Shown here in pieces: positions 1-7,888 of a stretch of 38,864 bases of DNA. The DNA is from a virus (Duplodnaviria > Caudoviricetes). The stretch spans positions 1-38,864 of the IMG/VR virus record IMGVR_UViG_3300048850_000024; one strand, written 5' to 3'. Under the pieces are notes generated by a model. It ran no database searches and had not been told where the DNA came from. It saw only the letters and a list, made by a program, of their open reading frames with translations. Made by a program: the position numbers and the translations under genes. The number at the start of each line of letters is the position of its first letter. The first letter of the stretch is position 1.

Positions 1-1
1 G

Positions 2-379
2 CCGAACCGATATGTCGTCGTATTCGGCCTTATCCATGTCCATCCACAACTTGGCGCTGGTCGGGTTATCGTCATCGTCGTTCGCCATGCACTGATAGAT
101 CGGCACCGCCCCGGCCTCGCTGGCGGCGCGAAGCTTGGCCTTCAGTCGGTCGATGGTATTCCTTGCGATGGCGGCGACCGCTTCCGCGTGCGACATGACA
201 GATTCGTTCGGCTTGGCCTCGCTGGTGGCAGCCAGGCGGGCGCGGGCGAACGCCAGGAAATCGCGTAAGGCCGCCCAATCCTGTTTCCCGACGTTATCCG
301 CTTCGACGCCGCCCAAGCGCTGGCGCAGGTACTCATCGATGATTTCGTTGTCACGCACCGTCTGTTCATTGGTATTCAT
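2..379 (-). CDS. Hypothetical phage protein, runs off left edge (MNTNEQTVRDNEIIDEYLRQRLGG...)
   Basis: Read by hand. ATGA overlap with the 376..747 stop, frame open to the window edge. Confidence 0.7.
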   Translation of the reverse strand, partial: MNTNEQTVRDNEIIDEYLRQRLGGVEADNVGKQDWAALRDFLAFARARLAATSEAKPNESVMSHAEAVAAIARNTIDRLKAKLRAASEAGAVPIYQCMANDDDDNPTSAKLWMDMDKAEYDDISVR

Positions 380-747
380 GTGGCTTCCGTGTACTTGTCC
401 ATGAAAAACTGCGCGACGTGTTGAACCATGTACGCCTCCCATTCGGAGCCGGGTTCCTTCTCGCGCATCCATCCGCGGCATTCCTGCATAACGTGCACGG
501 CCTCATGCACCAATAGGCCGACCACTTCTATACCCGAGCGCCGCCGCGCGGACGCGGCATCCATGCACATGATGCAAACAACATCGCCGCCTTCATCGAA
601 ATAATGAACACATGCGTGCGCTGTGCCAGTGACGAATGCGGGGGCGTTAGCCACTTTTAGCCGCTTCATTTCACGACTAAAAACGTTTTCGGAAAAGCAG
701 GCGCCCACGCGCACCCTCGCAGGCGGCAACGAAATGTATTCCATCAT
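376..747 (-). CDS. Small phage protein with HExxH motif (putative metallopeptidase fold)
   Basis: LLVHEAVH...EWEAY motif, coupled start/stop with neighbours. Confidence 0.7.
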   Translation of the reverse strand: MMEYISLPPARVRVGACFSENVFSREMKRLKVANAPAFVTGTAHACVHYFDEGGDVVCIMCMDAASARRRSGIEVVGLLVHEAVHVMQECRGWMREKEPGSEWEAYMVQHVAQFFMDKYTEAT

Positions 748-944
748 GTCGCCTTGTCCTTGCGGTCGATCAGGGCGCGGATGTCGCGCGCGATGTCATC
801 GCTATGTGCGCCGGGGTATCCATCCGCGATTTGCGCCGCTTCTTCCAAGGTTCGGGCGATGATGGCGCTGGCGAATGGGTAGATGCTGCCATTCCAGTCG
901 CCAAGCTTTTCAAGGGCGATGCCCATGATTTCGTCGTTGGTCAT
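744..944 (-). CDS. Hypothetical phage protein (MTNDEIMGIALEK...)
   Basis: ATGA-type overlaps at both ends. Confidence 0.7.
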   Translation of the reverse strand: MTNDEIMGIALEKLGDWNGSIYPFASAIIARTLEEAAQIADGYPGAHSDDIARDIRALIDRKDKAT

Positions 945-1093
945 GGCGTCTGCTCTCCCTCGCAGGCTGGGCATGGCAGTAGATAGTCGCAGTACGGGTC
1001 CATGCCATCGCCATTGCAATATGGGCATACCGGCTCGTCGTCGTAATCGTCCTCTCCCGGCAACTCCGGCCGGGCGGGGGTGGGGTTAGGCAT
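941..1093 (-). CDS. Small zinc-finger protein (CPYCNGDG...CPACEG)
   Basis: Two CxxCxG motifs, TAATG coupling to the upstream HNH gene. Confidence 0.65.
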   Translation of the reverse strand: MPNPTPARPELPGEDDYDDEPVCPYCNGDGMDPYCDYLLPCPACEGEQTP

Positions 1094-1713
1094 TATTGGA
1101 TCCTCGGGGATGGTGACCATGGTTTGCAGCGCCGAACTCTGTAGAGCGCCTTCCGGTAGTCGATCCCGGAGAGTTCGCAGGCCTGGGAGAGCGGCATCTT
1201 GACCCCCATGAACTCTACAAGTCGGTGTTTCCTCTTGTTCCGGCTTTGCTCCTTCGGCGTAGCCCACCGGCAATTTGATGGCTCGTAGTTGCCGTTCACA
1301 TCGATACGGTCAATCGAATGCTTGGCGCTCGGCCTTGGTCCCATGTCAGCCAAGAAGGCCTCAAAGTCCGACTCCCAGGCAGCGCAAACTCGGATGCCTC
1401 TGCCGCCATAATCGGGGTACTTTGCGTCATTGGGATTGGCGCATCGCGACTTCATCTTGATCCAGATGTTGTACTCGGCGGTCTTAGTTTTTCCATGAGT
1501 GCGACGGTTAGCGCATATGGAGGCAACTACTTCCCTTTGATAGCAACCACAGCTTTTCAAGACCCCGATCAATAGTGACCTTGGGTCAAATGCCTTTCGT
1601 GCCCCGCACGTGCAGACGCAGATTACGGTCCTGCGTCCACCCTTCCGTGGGCCATCAGCTTCGACGGTTAAGCGCCCGAAGGTACGACCGAGCACATCAA
1701 TCCTGTTCGGCAT
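1093..1713 (-). CDS. HNH-family homing endonuclease
   Basis: FGRLTV...CVCTCG...KSCGC, YGGRGIRVC, SIDRIDVNGNYEPSNCRWAT motifs. Confidence 0.88.
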   Translation of the reverse strand: MPNRIDVLGRTFGRLTVEADGPRKGGRRTVICVCTCGARKAFDPRSLLIGVLKSCGCYQREVVASICANRRTHGKTKTAEYNIWIKMKSRCANPNDAKYPDYGGRGIRVCAAWESDFEAFLADMGPRPSAKHSIDRIDVNGNYEPSNCRWATPKEQSRNKRKHRLVEFMGVKMPLSQACELSGIDYRKALYRVRRCKPWSPSPRIQ

Positions 1714-1909
1714 CGGCGCCTCCTGTCTTCGCAATGTCTCGCCACCCGGAGGGCTGCTGGGCAGCAGTCTCAATCCGAGTCATCAGTTGATTGAAGGCAT
1801 TCTTCCCAGGCTGCTTAGGGTCGTAGCGAAGCACAACCTCATCAGCCGTGATTTCGTGCGGGCAGCTCACTACGGCTCGCGTCAGGTCTGATCTGTAGTC
1901 GTTGCTCAT
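1697..1909 (-). CDS. Hypothetical phage protein, C-terminus possibly altered by the HNH insertion
   Basis: RBS GGAG, ORF in operon order. Confidence 0.6.
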   Translation of the reverse strand: MSNDYRSDLTRAVVSCPHEITADEVVLRYDPKQPGKNAFNQLMTRIETAAQQPSGWRDIAKTGGADAEQD

Positions 1910-1918
1910 CTCCACCCC

Positions 1919-2068
1919 TTACGCAGCGATGAACTTGCGGATGCGGGAGTATTCCCAGGTGTAGTTCTGCTTCTGCTCAGCTCGGGCTTCCTTGCGGGTT
2001 GGGAAGCAAAGAACGGGCTTCCACTCGCCGGTCCAATTGACTTCGATTACCCAGATATGGGATTGCAT
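1919..2068 (-). CDS. Small hypothetical protein (MQSHIWVIEVNW...)
   Basis: AAGGAG RBS after the ssb stop. Confidence 0.6.
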   Translation of the reverse strand: MQSHIWVIEVNWTGEWKPVLCFPTRKEARAEQKQNYTWEYSRIRKFIAA

Positions 2069-2078
2069 GGCTGGCTCC

Positions 2079-2549
2079 TTAGAACGGAATATCGTCGTCC
2101 ATGTCGGCCAGGTTCTGTTCTGGCGTCCTGGCTGGCTGGCTTGGTTGAGGCGTAGATTTGCGGTCGGCATAGTTGCTGCGCTTGGGCTGCGAATCGCGGT
2201 CTACCTCATCGCCCTTTCCGCCCAGCATCTGCATCTGGTCGGCAAGGATCTCCGTGCTGTAGCGATCAGCGCCCGTATCCTTGTCCTGCCATTTGCGAGT
2301 CTTCAGGCGCCCTTCGATGTACACCGAACGGCCCTTCTTCAGGTACTCGCCGGCGATCTCTGCCAGCCGGTTGTAGATGACGACCCGGTGCCATTCAGTC
2401 TCCTCCCGCTTCTCCTGGGTCGCCTTGTCCTTCCACTGGGAAGTGGTGGCGACAGATATGCTGCAGATCGCGGAGCCTTCCGGGCTATACCGCACCTCCG
2501 GGTCTTTGCCCAGGTTGCCCACGAGAATTACCTTGTTGACGGATGCCAT
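2079..2549 (-). CDS. ssb: Single-stranded DNA-binding protein
   Basis: [22 protein letters not shown]-terminus, TEWHRVV, acidic DDDIPF tail. Confidence 0.98.
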   Translation of the reverse strand: MASVNKVILVGNLGKDPEVRYSPEGSAICSISVATTSQWKDKATQEKREETEWHRVVIYNRLAEIAGEYLKKGRSVYIEGRLKTRKWQDKDTGADRYSTEILADQMQMLGGKGDEVDRDSQPKRSNYADRKSTPQPSQPARTPEQNLADMDDDIPF

Positions 2550-2552
2550 GCT

Positions 2553-3284
2553 CTATCCTTGGTGGTCAGCAATGATCTGTTCGATCATCTTGTTAACGTA
2601 GGCGCTCGCGGCTTCGACCTTGCGGCGCATCTTGGCTTCGAGAGCCATATCTCGGGTATGCCGGACGCAGGTAACGCGCATGGTCGGCTCGATGTGGTCC
2701 ACGAAATGCAGGTCCGCCGACTCGTAGCCGATTAGCTCGTCTGGGGTGTTGACCAGGCAGTGGGCAACCTCGGCTTCGGGCCGGTCCCAAAGCCACATAT
2801 ACGTCCGGACCTGCCATTCATAGTCCACGTCATAGGCGGATGCGGCAGTGGCTGGGAATGTCGCCAGGGACCAGGACGACTTGATATCGATGATCTTGCG
2901 GCCGGTGTCGATATCGCACTCACCCGTTACCCATTCGTTCTCGCGGCGCTCGGTGTTCTTGCTGTGTGAGGTAAAGAACACTTCGTTGTAGAGGGCGATG
3001 GATTGGTCTTCCACCAACAGGCCCTTCTCCATGTACTTGCTCGTTACATCGTCCTGATAGCCGTAGACGAATTCCTTGGCGATCTGCTCGCAGTACGTCT
3101 TGGCACCCGCCGACAGTGACTTTTCCTTGAGCGGCTCAAGACGCGCCTTGTCCTCGTCGGTCTTCTTCTTCTTCTTGCGGTAGATCGCCGAGAGTTCTTC
3201 ATCTAGCAATGCCGGATCGATACTCTGCGCGTCGCTCATGATCTTGCCGATGCTCGAAGCCCGGAACTTAAACGGCTGCTTCAT
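2553..3284 (-). CDS. Lambda-exonuclease/YqaJ-like PD-(D/E)XK exonuclease
   Basis: FRASSIGKIM, MEKG..E, GECD...IDIKSSW, YEWQ motifs, next to ssb. Confidence 0.8.
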   Translation of the reverse strand: MKQPFKFRASSIGKIMSDAQSIDPALLDEELSAIYRKKKKKTDEDKARLEPLKEKSLSAGAKTYCEQIAKEFVYGYQDDVTSKYMEKGLLVEDQSIALYNEVFFTSHSKNTERRENEWVTGECDIDTGRKIIDIKSSWSLATFPATAASAYDVDYEWQVRTYMWLWDRPEAEVAHCLVNTPDELIGYESADLHFVDHIEPTMRVTCVRHTRDMALEAKMRRKVEAASAYVNKMIEQIIADHQG

Positions 3285-3756
3285 GCAAAGCCTCCGTCAG
3301 TTGCTGCTCCTGCTCGTCTGTCAGCGCGAAGTTGGACCGCAACTTGTCGGTCGTGTATTCGCCAGCCTTGATCGATGCAATCGCCTTGGTAAAGCGGTCG
3401 GCGTTGATCTTCGGCTTTTGCTTCACCATCACCTTGGGCCGCACCCGCAGGCATTCCACCGTCTCGCCGGCCAGCTTCGTCGTGCTGGCGTACAGGGTGA
3501 TCTGCTTCCCCGCCCAGTCTTCGATGTAGGGGCCGTACAGCTTGGCGATGCTCTTGGAATTCGTGACGTTCAGGATCATCGGCTTCTGTCCGACCAGGTG
3601 CGCGACGGTGCAATCCTCTTTCTTGCCGCCCGTGCCCGTCACGGTTTCCTGCTGGACGAAATCTATCGTCACGGTCAGGTCCTCACCCTCGGCCAGGGCA
3701 TAGGCGCCGATGTAGTCGGGGTTCACAAGGCTTTTCCAATGCGTGCGTGATGTCAT
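3268..3756 (-). CDS. Conserved phage protein in the recombinase slot (putative ssDNA-binding or annealing protein)
   Basis: KPMILNVTN...IEDWAGKQITLY pattern, directly upstream of the exonuclease. Confidence 0.65.
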   Translation of the reverse strand: MTSRTHWKSLVNPDYIGAYALAEGEDLTVTIDFVQQETVTGTGGKKEDCTVAHLVGQKPMILNVTNSKSIAKLYGPYIEDWAGKQITLYASTTKLAGETVECLRVRPKVMVKQKPKINADRFTKAIASIKAGEYTTDKLRSNFALTDEQEQQLTEALHEAAV

Positions 3757-4274
3757 TTACACTCTCCGGTGTGGGCAAACTCTCCATGCAGGCGGTCAGC
3801 AGCAGCGCGGTACTTTGCCGCTGCTTCCTCCGGCGTAGGAAAGCGACCGAGGTTCTTGTGCATTCCATCTACACAAATTTGAGCAACATATTTGCCCCGG
3901 TCTTTGCAGTACGACACTCCTTTCATGCCGCTTGTATTGTTCGACCTCAAAGAGGCGTTATGTTTGTTCTGGGCAGACGTGGCCTCTCGCAGATTGCAAA
4001 ACCTGTTGTCCGAGCGAACTCTATTTGCGTGATCGATCTCCTTGGGTGAAACCGTCCCGGTCATCCATAGCCATGCAAGCCTGTGCGCCCTGTACAGGCG
4101 CCCATCTACTTTGATGGCTATGTATCCCAGGGAATTCAGCGTGCCCGCGCTGGAACCGGCCTTTATGCACCGCCGGCTCTTCTTCCAGACGAAAGCACCA
4201 GTCTCAGGGTTGTAATCAAGCAACTCTCGAAGCCGATCTGCTGTGATGGGGGCTTTCCAGTGCGTCTTGCTCAT
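3753..4274 (-). CDS. HNH endonuclease with C-terminal AP2 domain
   Basis: YNPETG, AHRLAW, IDHANRVRSDNRFCNLREAT, NTSGMKGV...LGRFPTPEEAA. Alternative start 4280. Confidence 0.92.
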   Translation of the reverse strand: MSKTHWKAPITADRLRELLDYNPETGAFVWKKSRRCIKAGSSAGTLNSLGYIAIKVDGRLYRAHRLAWLWMTGTVSPKEIDHANRVRSDNRFCNLREATSAQNKHNASLRSNNTSGMKGVSYCKDRGKYVAQICVDGMHKNLGRFPTPEEAAAKYRAAADRLHGEFAHTGECK

Positions 4275-4282
4275 GGCCATTC

Positions 4283-4417
4283 CTATCTATTCGCCACCCG
4301 CGCCCAGTTCTCCCGGGCCTGAATTCGTTGCGAGTCCTTGTAGTCCCAGTGCGATGCCAGAAGCCACAGGGCCAGGACTACTAGGAACTTCCAGCCGTGT
4401 TTGCGTAGGTCATTCAT
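4283..4417 (-). CDS. 44-aa membrane peptide (MNDLRKHGWKFLVVLALWLLASHWDYKD...)
   Basis: Read by hand, below the ORF-track cutoff. Fills the operon gap and has one hydrophobic stretch. Confidence 0.6.
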   Translation of the reverse strand: MNDLRKHGWKFLVVLALWLLASHWDYKDSQRIQARENWARVANR

Positions 4418-4691
4418 TGCCTTTCCCGGCTAATTCTTCTTCGCACTGACGGCGCAACGCGGAAAGGGTTTCCTCACAACTGCGGCCCTGCGACAGTTCA
4501 ATCAATTCGTCCGGCTCGCCGTCCTCGGTTTCCTTGCCAATGTCCGCGTAGATGGCGAACATGCCTCCTATGTCTTCCATGCTGATAGAGACGCGGTGGC
4601 GTTGGAAGTAGGCTGCGTCGTCGGGCAAGACTTTGGTTATGTCGATTACTTCAGTGCGCCCATGTGGCTGCTTATAGAGTGTCACTTTCAC
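4410..4691 (-). CDS. Hypothetical phage protein
   Basis: GTGA coupling, operon order. Confidence 0.7.
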   Translation of the reverse strand: MKVTLYKQPHGRTEVIDITKVLPDDAAYFQRHRVSISMEDIGGMFAIYADIGKETEDGEPDELIELSQGRSCEETLSALRRQCEEELAGKGNE

Positions 4692-4957
4692 GCCGCCACC
4701 CTCCGAAGCGCTGCCGCTTCCTCTTTCTTCGCCGGCTCGATGTTGTCCCAGACCTGGTGCATGATTTCGCTGGATACCTCTTCCTCGATCCTGGCGCGGG
4801 CCTTCTTGTCGTAGATCAGGCGCACGCAGTGATTCGGCTTCAGCGGGTATCCATTCGCCCAGACGCGGTAACAGACTTCCACGTCATCGAGTACCTTCTT
4901 CGCCGGATCGGTGAACAGATACCAATCCTCGATAATCACGTCGTCATCGTTGTCCAT
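4688..4957 (-). CDS. Hypothetical phage protein
   Basis: GGAG RBS, overlapping neighbours, RRVAA C-terminus typical of phage ORFs. Confidence 0.65.
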   Translation of the reverse strand: MDNDDDVIIEDWYLFTDPAKKVLDDVEVCYRVWANGYPLKPNHCVRLIYDKKARARIEEEVSSEIMHQVWDNIEPAKKEEAAALRRVAA

Positions 4958-5099
4958 GGCTTTCTCCGGCTTCAGCCTCCGCGGCCTCGACGATCTGCCG
5001 GGCGGTAAGGGTCAATGTCGGCTCGTCGCCGTCTTCCGCGTCATCAAGCAAGCATTGCGCGGCGATGACCCAGTCGTCAGGGATCAATCCTTTAGTCAT
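4944..5099 (-). CDS. 51-aa hypothetical protein (MTKGLIPDDWVIAAQ...)
   Basis: Read by hand. GGAG RBS, fills the gap. Confidence 0.55.
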   Translation of the reverse strand: MTKGLIPDDWVIAAQCLLDDAEDGDEPTLTLTARQIVEAAEAEAGESHGQR

Positions 5100-5208
5100 G
5101 CGTCTCTCCAATCAGCGGGTCGCTATCTCGATGCCACTTCGCCAGCCGATCCAGCAGCGGCGCTATCACTACAGCCAGTGCCAGGCCGGATATCAGGTAG
5201 GCAGTCAC
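5092..5208 (-). CDS. 38-aa membrane peptide (MTAYLISGLALAVVIAPLL...)
   Basis: Read by hand. GTGA coupling, hydrophobic N-terminus. Confidence 0.5.
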   Translation of the reverse strand: MTAYLISGLALAVVIAPLLDRLAKWHRDSDPLIGETHD

Positions 5209-5477
5209 GTCGCTATCTCCCGCTCCACCGCGCCTAGCAACCTGTTCCGCAAGTCCTTGGTCCAGTGCGACGTATCCTTCGCGATCAGGTGCAGGAGGAT
5301 TGCCTTGTCGATCCCGTCCAGGTTGTCGAAGAACATCTGATCGTCAACCCGGGCGGTCCACCAGGTAGAGCCATGCTGGTCAGAGTCCCAGCCGGAGAGG
5401 GTGGCGAATACGTCCATGACCTCATCCGGGGTAGCGCTGATTACCTCGGGCTCTTTGTGGGCGGTAAGGGCGCTCAT
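5205..5477 (-). CDS. Hypothetical phage protein
   Basis: ATGA coupling with GGAGG RBS. Confidence 0.7.
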   Translation of the reverse strand: MSALTAHKEPEVISATPDEVMDVFATLSGWDSDQHGSTWWTARVDDQMFFDNLDGIDKAILLHLIAKDTSHWTKDLRNRLLGAVEREIAT

Positions 5478-5701
5478 TTCCGGGCCTCCAGCATGGCGTC
5501 GGCTATCCGGTAGGCCACTCCGGCCATTTCACTGAGTTTGGTCCCCAGCAGGTTGGCCTGCGCGCACATTCCTTGCATCGCCTTGGCGGCGAGGTAGTCG
5601 CGCAGCGACATGCCAACGTGCGTTACGACGACTGGTTGATCCTCGGTGCCAAGGTCAGCAGCGAGCGGAAACGCCGGGCCGCCGTCATTGATCTTGTCCA
5701 T
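5474..5701 (-). CDS. Conserved small phage protein (GGPAFP...GMSLRDYxAAKAM family)
   Basis: Widespread phage motif GMSLRDYLAAKAMQG...AYRIADAML. Confidence 0.85.
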   Translation of the reverse strand: MDKINDGGPAFPLAADLGTEDQPVVVTHVGMSLRDYLAAKAMQGMCAQANLLGTKLSEMAGVAYRIADAMLEARK

Positions 5702-5704
5702 CTC

Positions 5705-6001
5705 TCACTCCATCCCCGGCACGCCGGGCAAGTGTTCTCGCATCGGGGTTTCGCCAGTACGCGCAGCAGCGTCTAGGGCGAGTTCGTTGCGGTAGTGGGC
5801 ATGAGCCGATAGGGCGCTAGGGGCTTCAGCTTTGGCAAGCGCGGCCTCTACTTCCGCTAGCGTCTCTTGCACATCGCGGACGGGCTTCCTGGATAGGAGC
5901 GCGCGATAGCTATGAGCGATCCTTTCCAGAGCCTCATACAGCTCCACCGCAATCTGCGGGTTCTCCTGCACTCGGCGGGTGAAGTCGGGGGGGATAGACA
6001 T
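5705..6001 (-). CDS. Hypothetical phage protein
   Basis: AAGGAG RBS, ELYEALE...AALAKA pattern common in phage early genes. Confidence 0.7.
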   Translation of the reverse strand: MSIPPDFTRRVQENPQIAVELYEALERIAHSYRALLSRKPVRDVQETLAEVEAALAKAEAPSALSAHAHYRNELALDAAARTGETPMREHLPGVPGME

Positions 6002-6011
6002 GGAGGGCTCC

Positions 6012-6284
6012 TTAGTCGTTCGCGTTCTGTGCCAGCCAATCGTCAATGCCGTCGTAGTCGGCGCTGTACCACTCGCTCCATTCGCCATCCTCGTAGACCT
6101 CCAAGCCGGCCGCGTTGCAGAAATCCGGCTTGATGTTGTGCTCCAGTTGGAACAGGTCGTAGCGAGCCAGCGCATTCAACACAGCGCCGGCTTCTTCGAG
6201 CGATTTCACCGGCACATGGAACGGCGCCATCGGTACTTGCGGGATATGCCACACGCGCAGATCGCCTTCTTTCGGGGGATTCAT
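6012..6284 (-). CDS. P22 gp17-like protein (often annotated as superinfection exclusion protein)
   Basis: LRVWHIPQVPM...YDLFQLEHNIKPDFCNAAGLE matches my recollection of P22 gp17. Confidence 0.8.
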   Translation of the reverse strand: MNPPKEGDLRVWHIPQVPMAPFHVPVKSLEEAGAVLNALARYDLFQLEHNIKPDFCNAAGLEVYEDGEWSEWYSADYDGIDDWLAQNAND

Positions 6285-6314
6285 CGTTCTTCCTTCTCTC
6301 TGCTGCGTTGGGGG

Positions 6315-6722
6315 TTAGGCGACTACCGTTTGGTGCGCCAATAGCTGATCGACAAGCGACCGCGCATCGTTTTGAATGCGCATCGGAATGCCGTCCTTCG
6401 GGTCGCACTGCTCTGCCCAGTCGTCGTAAAGGTGCATGTAGTCACTGCCAACCTTCAAGACGCGTTGCGCCTTCTGGAAGTCATACTTAATGCCCTGCGA
6501 CGGCTCGTAGGTGATGTACTTGTCGTAGGTCGCCCCGCCGTGGAAGTCGAGTCGCATCGCGGCTTCGGGGTCGTTGTGCAGGGGATGGCAATCGAAGATG
6601 TTCGCGTAGACATTCCATCCGAACTTGTCCTCCCTTTGCCACGCACGAACAGTCACGGAGAAGTGCTTGCTCATGAAAACGGTCCATTCGTAGCTCGGCT
6701 GGTCGATCTTCAACTCGTACAT
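6315..6722 (-). CDS. Hypothetical phage protein
   Basis: GGAG RBS, 135 aa, FHGGATY motif. Confidence 0.7.
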   Translation of the reverse strand: MYELKIDQPSYEWTVFMSKHFSVTVRAWQREDKFGWNVYANIFDCHPLHNDPEAAMRLDFHGGATYDKYITYEPSQGIKYDFQKAQRVLKVGSDYMHLYDDWAEQCDPKDGIPMRIQNDARSLVDQLLAHQTVVA

Positions 6723-6755
6723 TTCTTCTTCTCCACTTCGTTAGGTAGGTACAGA

Positions 6756-6877
6756 GATTCAGGGGAGGGCGGCAGGTGCTGATCTCCTGCATACGTCTCG
6801 TGCTATTTCAGGGCGCCTGTCAGTCGGCGTGGCCCAACCGTTGCGCGTCAGCCCGCGCATTCGCCCTCTCCTGAATC
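6756..6877 (-). ncRNA. C4/P4-CI-like structured antisense RNA
   Basis: 16-bp closing stem, hairpins UGCGCGGGCUGACGCGCA and GCAGGAGAUCAGCACCUGC with complementary loops GCUGA/UCAGC. Confidence 0.75.
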
Positions 6878-6888
6878 ACCGCTTCCCG

Positions 6889-6975
6889 CTACCAGCCAAT
6901 CACCACCCAGCCGCCGACAAACAGCACGGCAAGCGGGATCGCCCAGTAGCGAAGGTTCGTCATCAAGTCGCGCAT
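6889..6975 (-). CDS. 28-aa membrane peptide (MRDLMTNLRYWAIPLAVLFVGGWVVIGW)
   Basis: Single hydrophobic helix, follows the upstream stop. Confidence 0.45.
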   Translation of the reverse strand: MRDLMTNLRYWAIPLAVLFVGGWVVIGW

Positions 6976-6982
6976 GGCTCTG

Positions 6983-7138
6983 TTATCCGATGGCTCTGCC
7001 TGCGGCGATGCTGACGATTCGTTCGTGAGAGAGCCCCCAGTTCTCCAACAGGTCCAGGGCAACGCGCTGAGCCGCGTCCCGGCTCGTGGCGGAGACATTG
7101 AATTGGCTTTCCGTGGTGGTGACGAGATAGGTCTTCAT
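6983..7138 (-). CDS. 51-aa hypothetical protein (MKTYLVTTTESQFNV...)
   Basis: Read by hand. AAGGGA RBS. Confidence 0.55.
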   Translation of the reverse strand: MKTYLVTTTESQFNVSATSRDAAQRVALDLLENWGLSHERIVSIAAGRAIG

Positions 7139-7179
7139 GATCGTTCCCTTCGTTTGCTGGGCGAACCGCAGGCGGCTTG

Positions 7180-7404
7180 TTATCCAATCGACCGCGCAGC
7201 GACAGGGACAACTGCCTGCATGCCGCCAACGCGCTCATAGACTTCAACGTTGTCAGTCGCTGGATAGCAGCGCATCCAATCCATCGCTTCCTTCCAGTTC
7301 CGGGCGTAGTGCTTCGCCGTCTTGCCGTCGAACTGCGCGATGACAACGAAGCGGGCCAGCAGGCGCTGCTTGATGTGCTTGAGGATTTGCAGGGCTTGGC
7401 TCAT
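7180..7404 (-). CDS. First gene of the pL operon, hypothetical
   Basis: GGAGAG RBS downstream of the pL leader. Confidence 0.7.
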   Translation of the reverse strand: MSQALQILKHIKQRLLARFVVIAQFDGKTAKHYARNWKEAMDWMRCYPATDNVEVYERVGGMQAVVPVAARSIG

Positions 7405-7552
7405 CTGCTCTCTCCGTTCGGGGTGTTATCAAGGGGCGATTCCAGCGTTCCCATAAAGCAGGGTGTAGAGATCGGGGAGCGCAATACAGCGTCGCTAACA
7501 CGCTGCCGCTGAAACCGCCTCTTGATGCGCCTGGGGTCAGGCGTTTGCTACG

Positions 7553-7627
7553 TGTTGAGTGAACTATACATGCAGTTGTTTAGTGAAGTCAAGCCGACTA
7601 AGCAGACAAAGTTGAGCGGACTGTATA
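7553..7627 (-). promoter_or_regulatory. pL promoter with OL operators
   Basis: TTGACT-18-TATAGT on minus. 18-bp sites TGTTGAGTGAACTATACA (7553), AGTCAAGCCGACTAAGCA (7587) and AGTTGAGCGGACTGTATA (7610) resemble the OR sites. Confidence 0.75.
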
Positions 7628-7644
7628 GCCCACGCAACAGACGT

Positions 7645-7667
7645 AAAAAAACCCGCCGTAGCGGGTC
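7645..7667 (-). terminator. Rho-independent terminator
   Basis: ACCCGC-TACG-GCGGGT plus T-run on minus. Confidence 0.8.
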
Positions 7668-7687
7668 TCTTATGTTGCGAGCGTGCA

Positions 7688-7888
7688 TCAGTGGGGGGTG
7701 AGCCGCTCCACGGCGTCATGTGCCAGGTCAATCGCCAACATGAGCAGATGGTCCTGCAACACCGAGTTGAGCGACATAAAGTGGCCTAACCCCAGGCCGG
7801 TCGTACACGTAAGTAGGGCCTCTAACTGCTCGAGCTTGAGCAAGCCGGCCTCGTACCGGCTCATTTCTATCTCTACCAAAGCGGGCAT
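7688..7888 (-). CDS. 66-aa hypothetical protein
   Basis: Strong GGGAGG RBS, own terminator. Confidence 0.65.
   Translation of the reverse strand: MPALVEIEMSRYEAGLLKLEQLEALLTCTTGLGLGHFMSLNSVLQDHLLMLAIDLAHDAVERLTPH

Noticed and set aside
3162-3176. (AAG)5 run as a phase-variation tract
   Set aside because: Triplet unit keeps the frame and only encodes a Lys run
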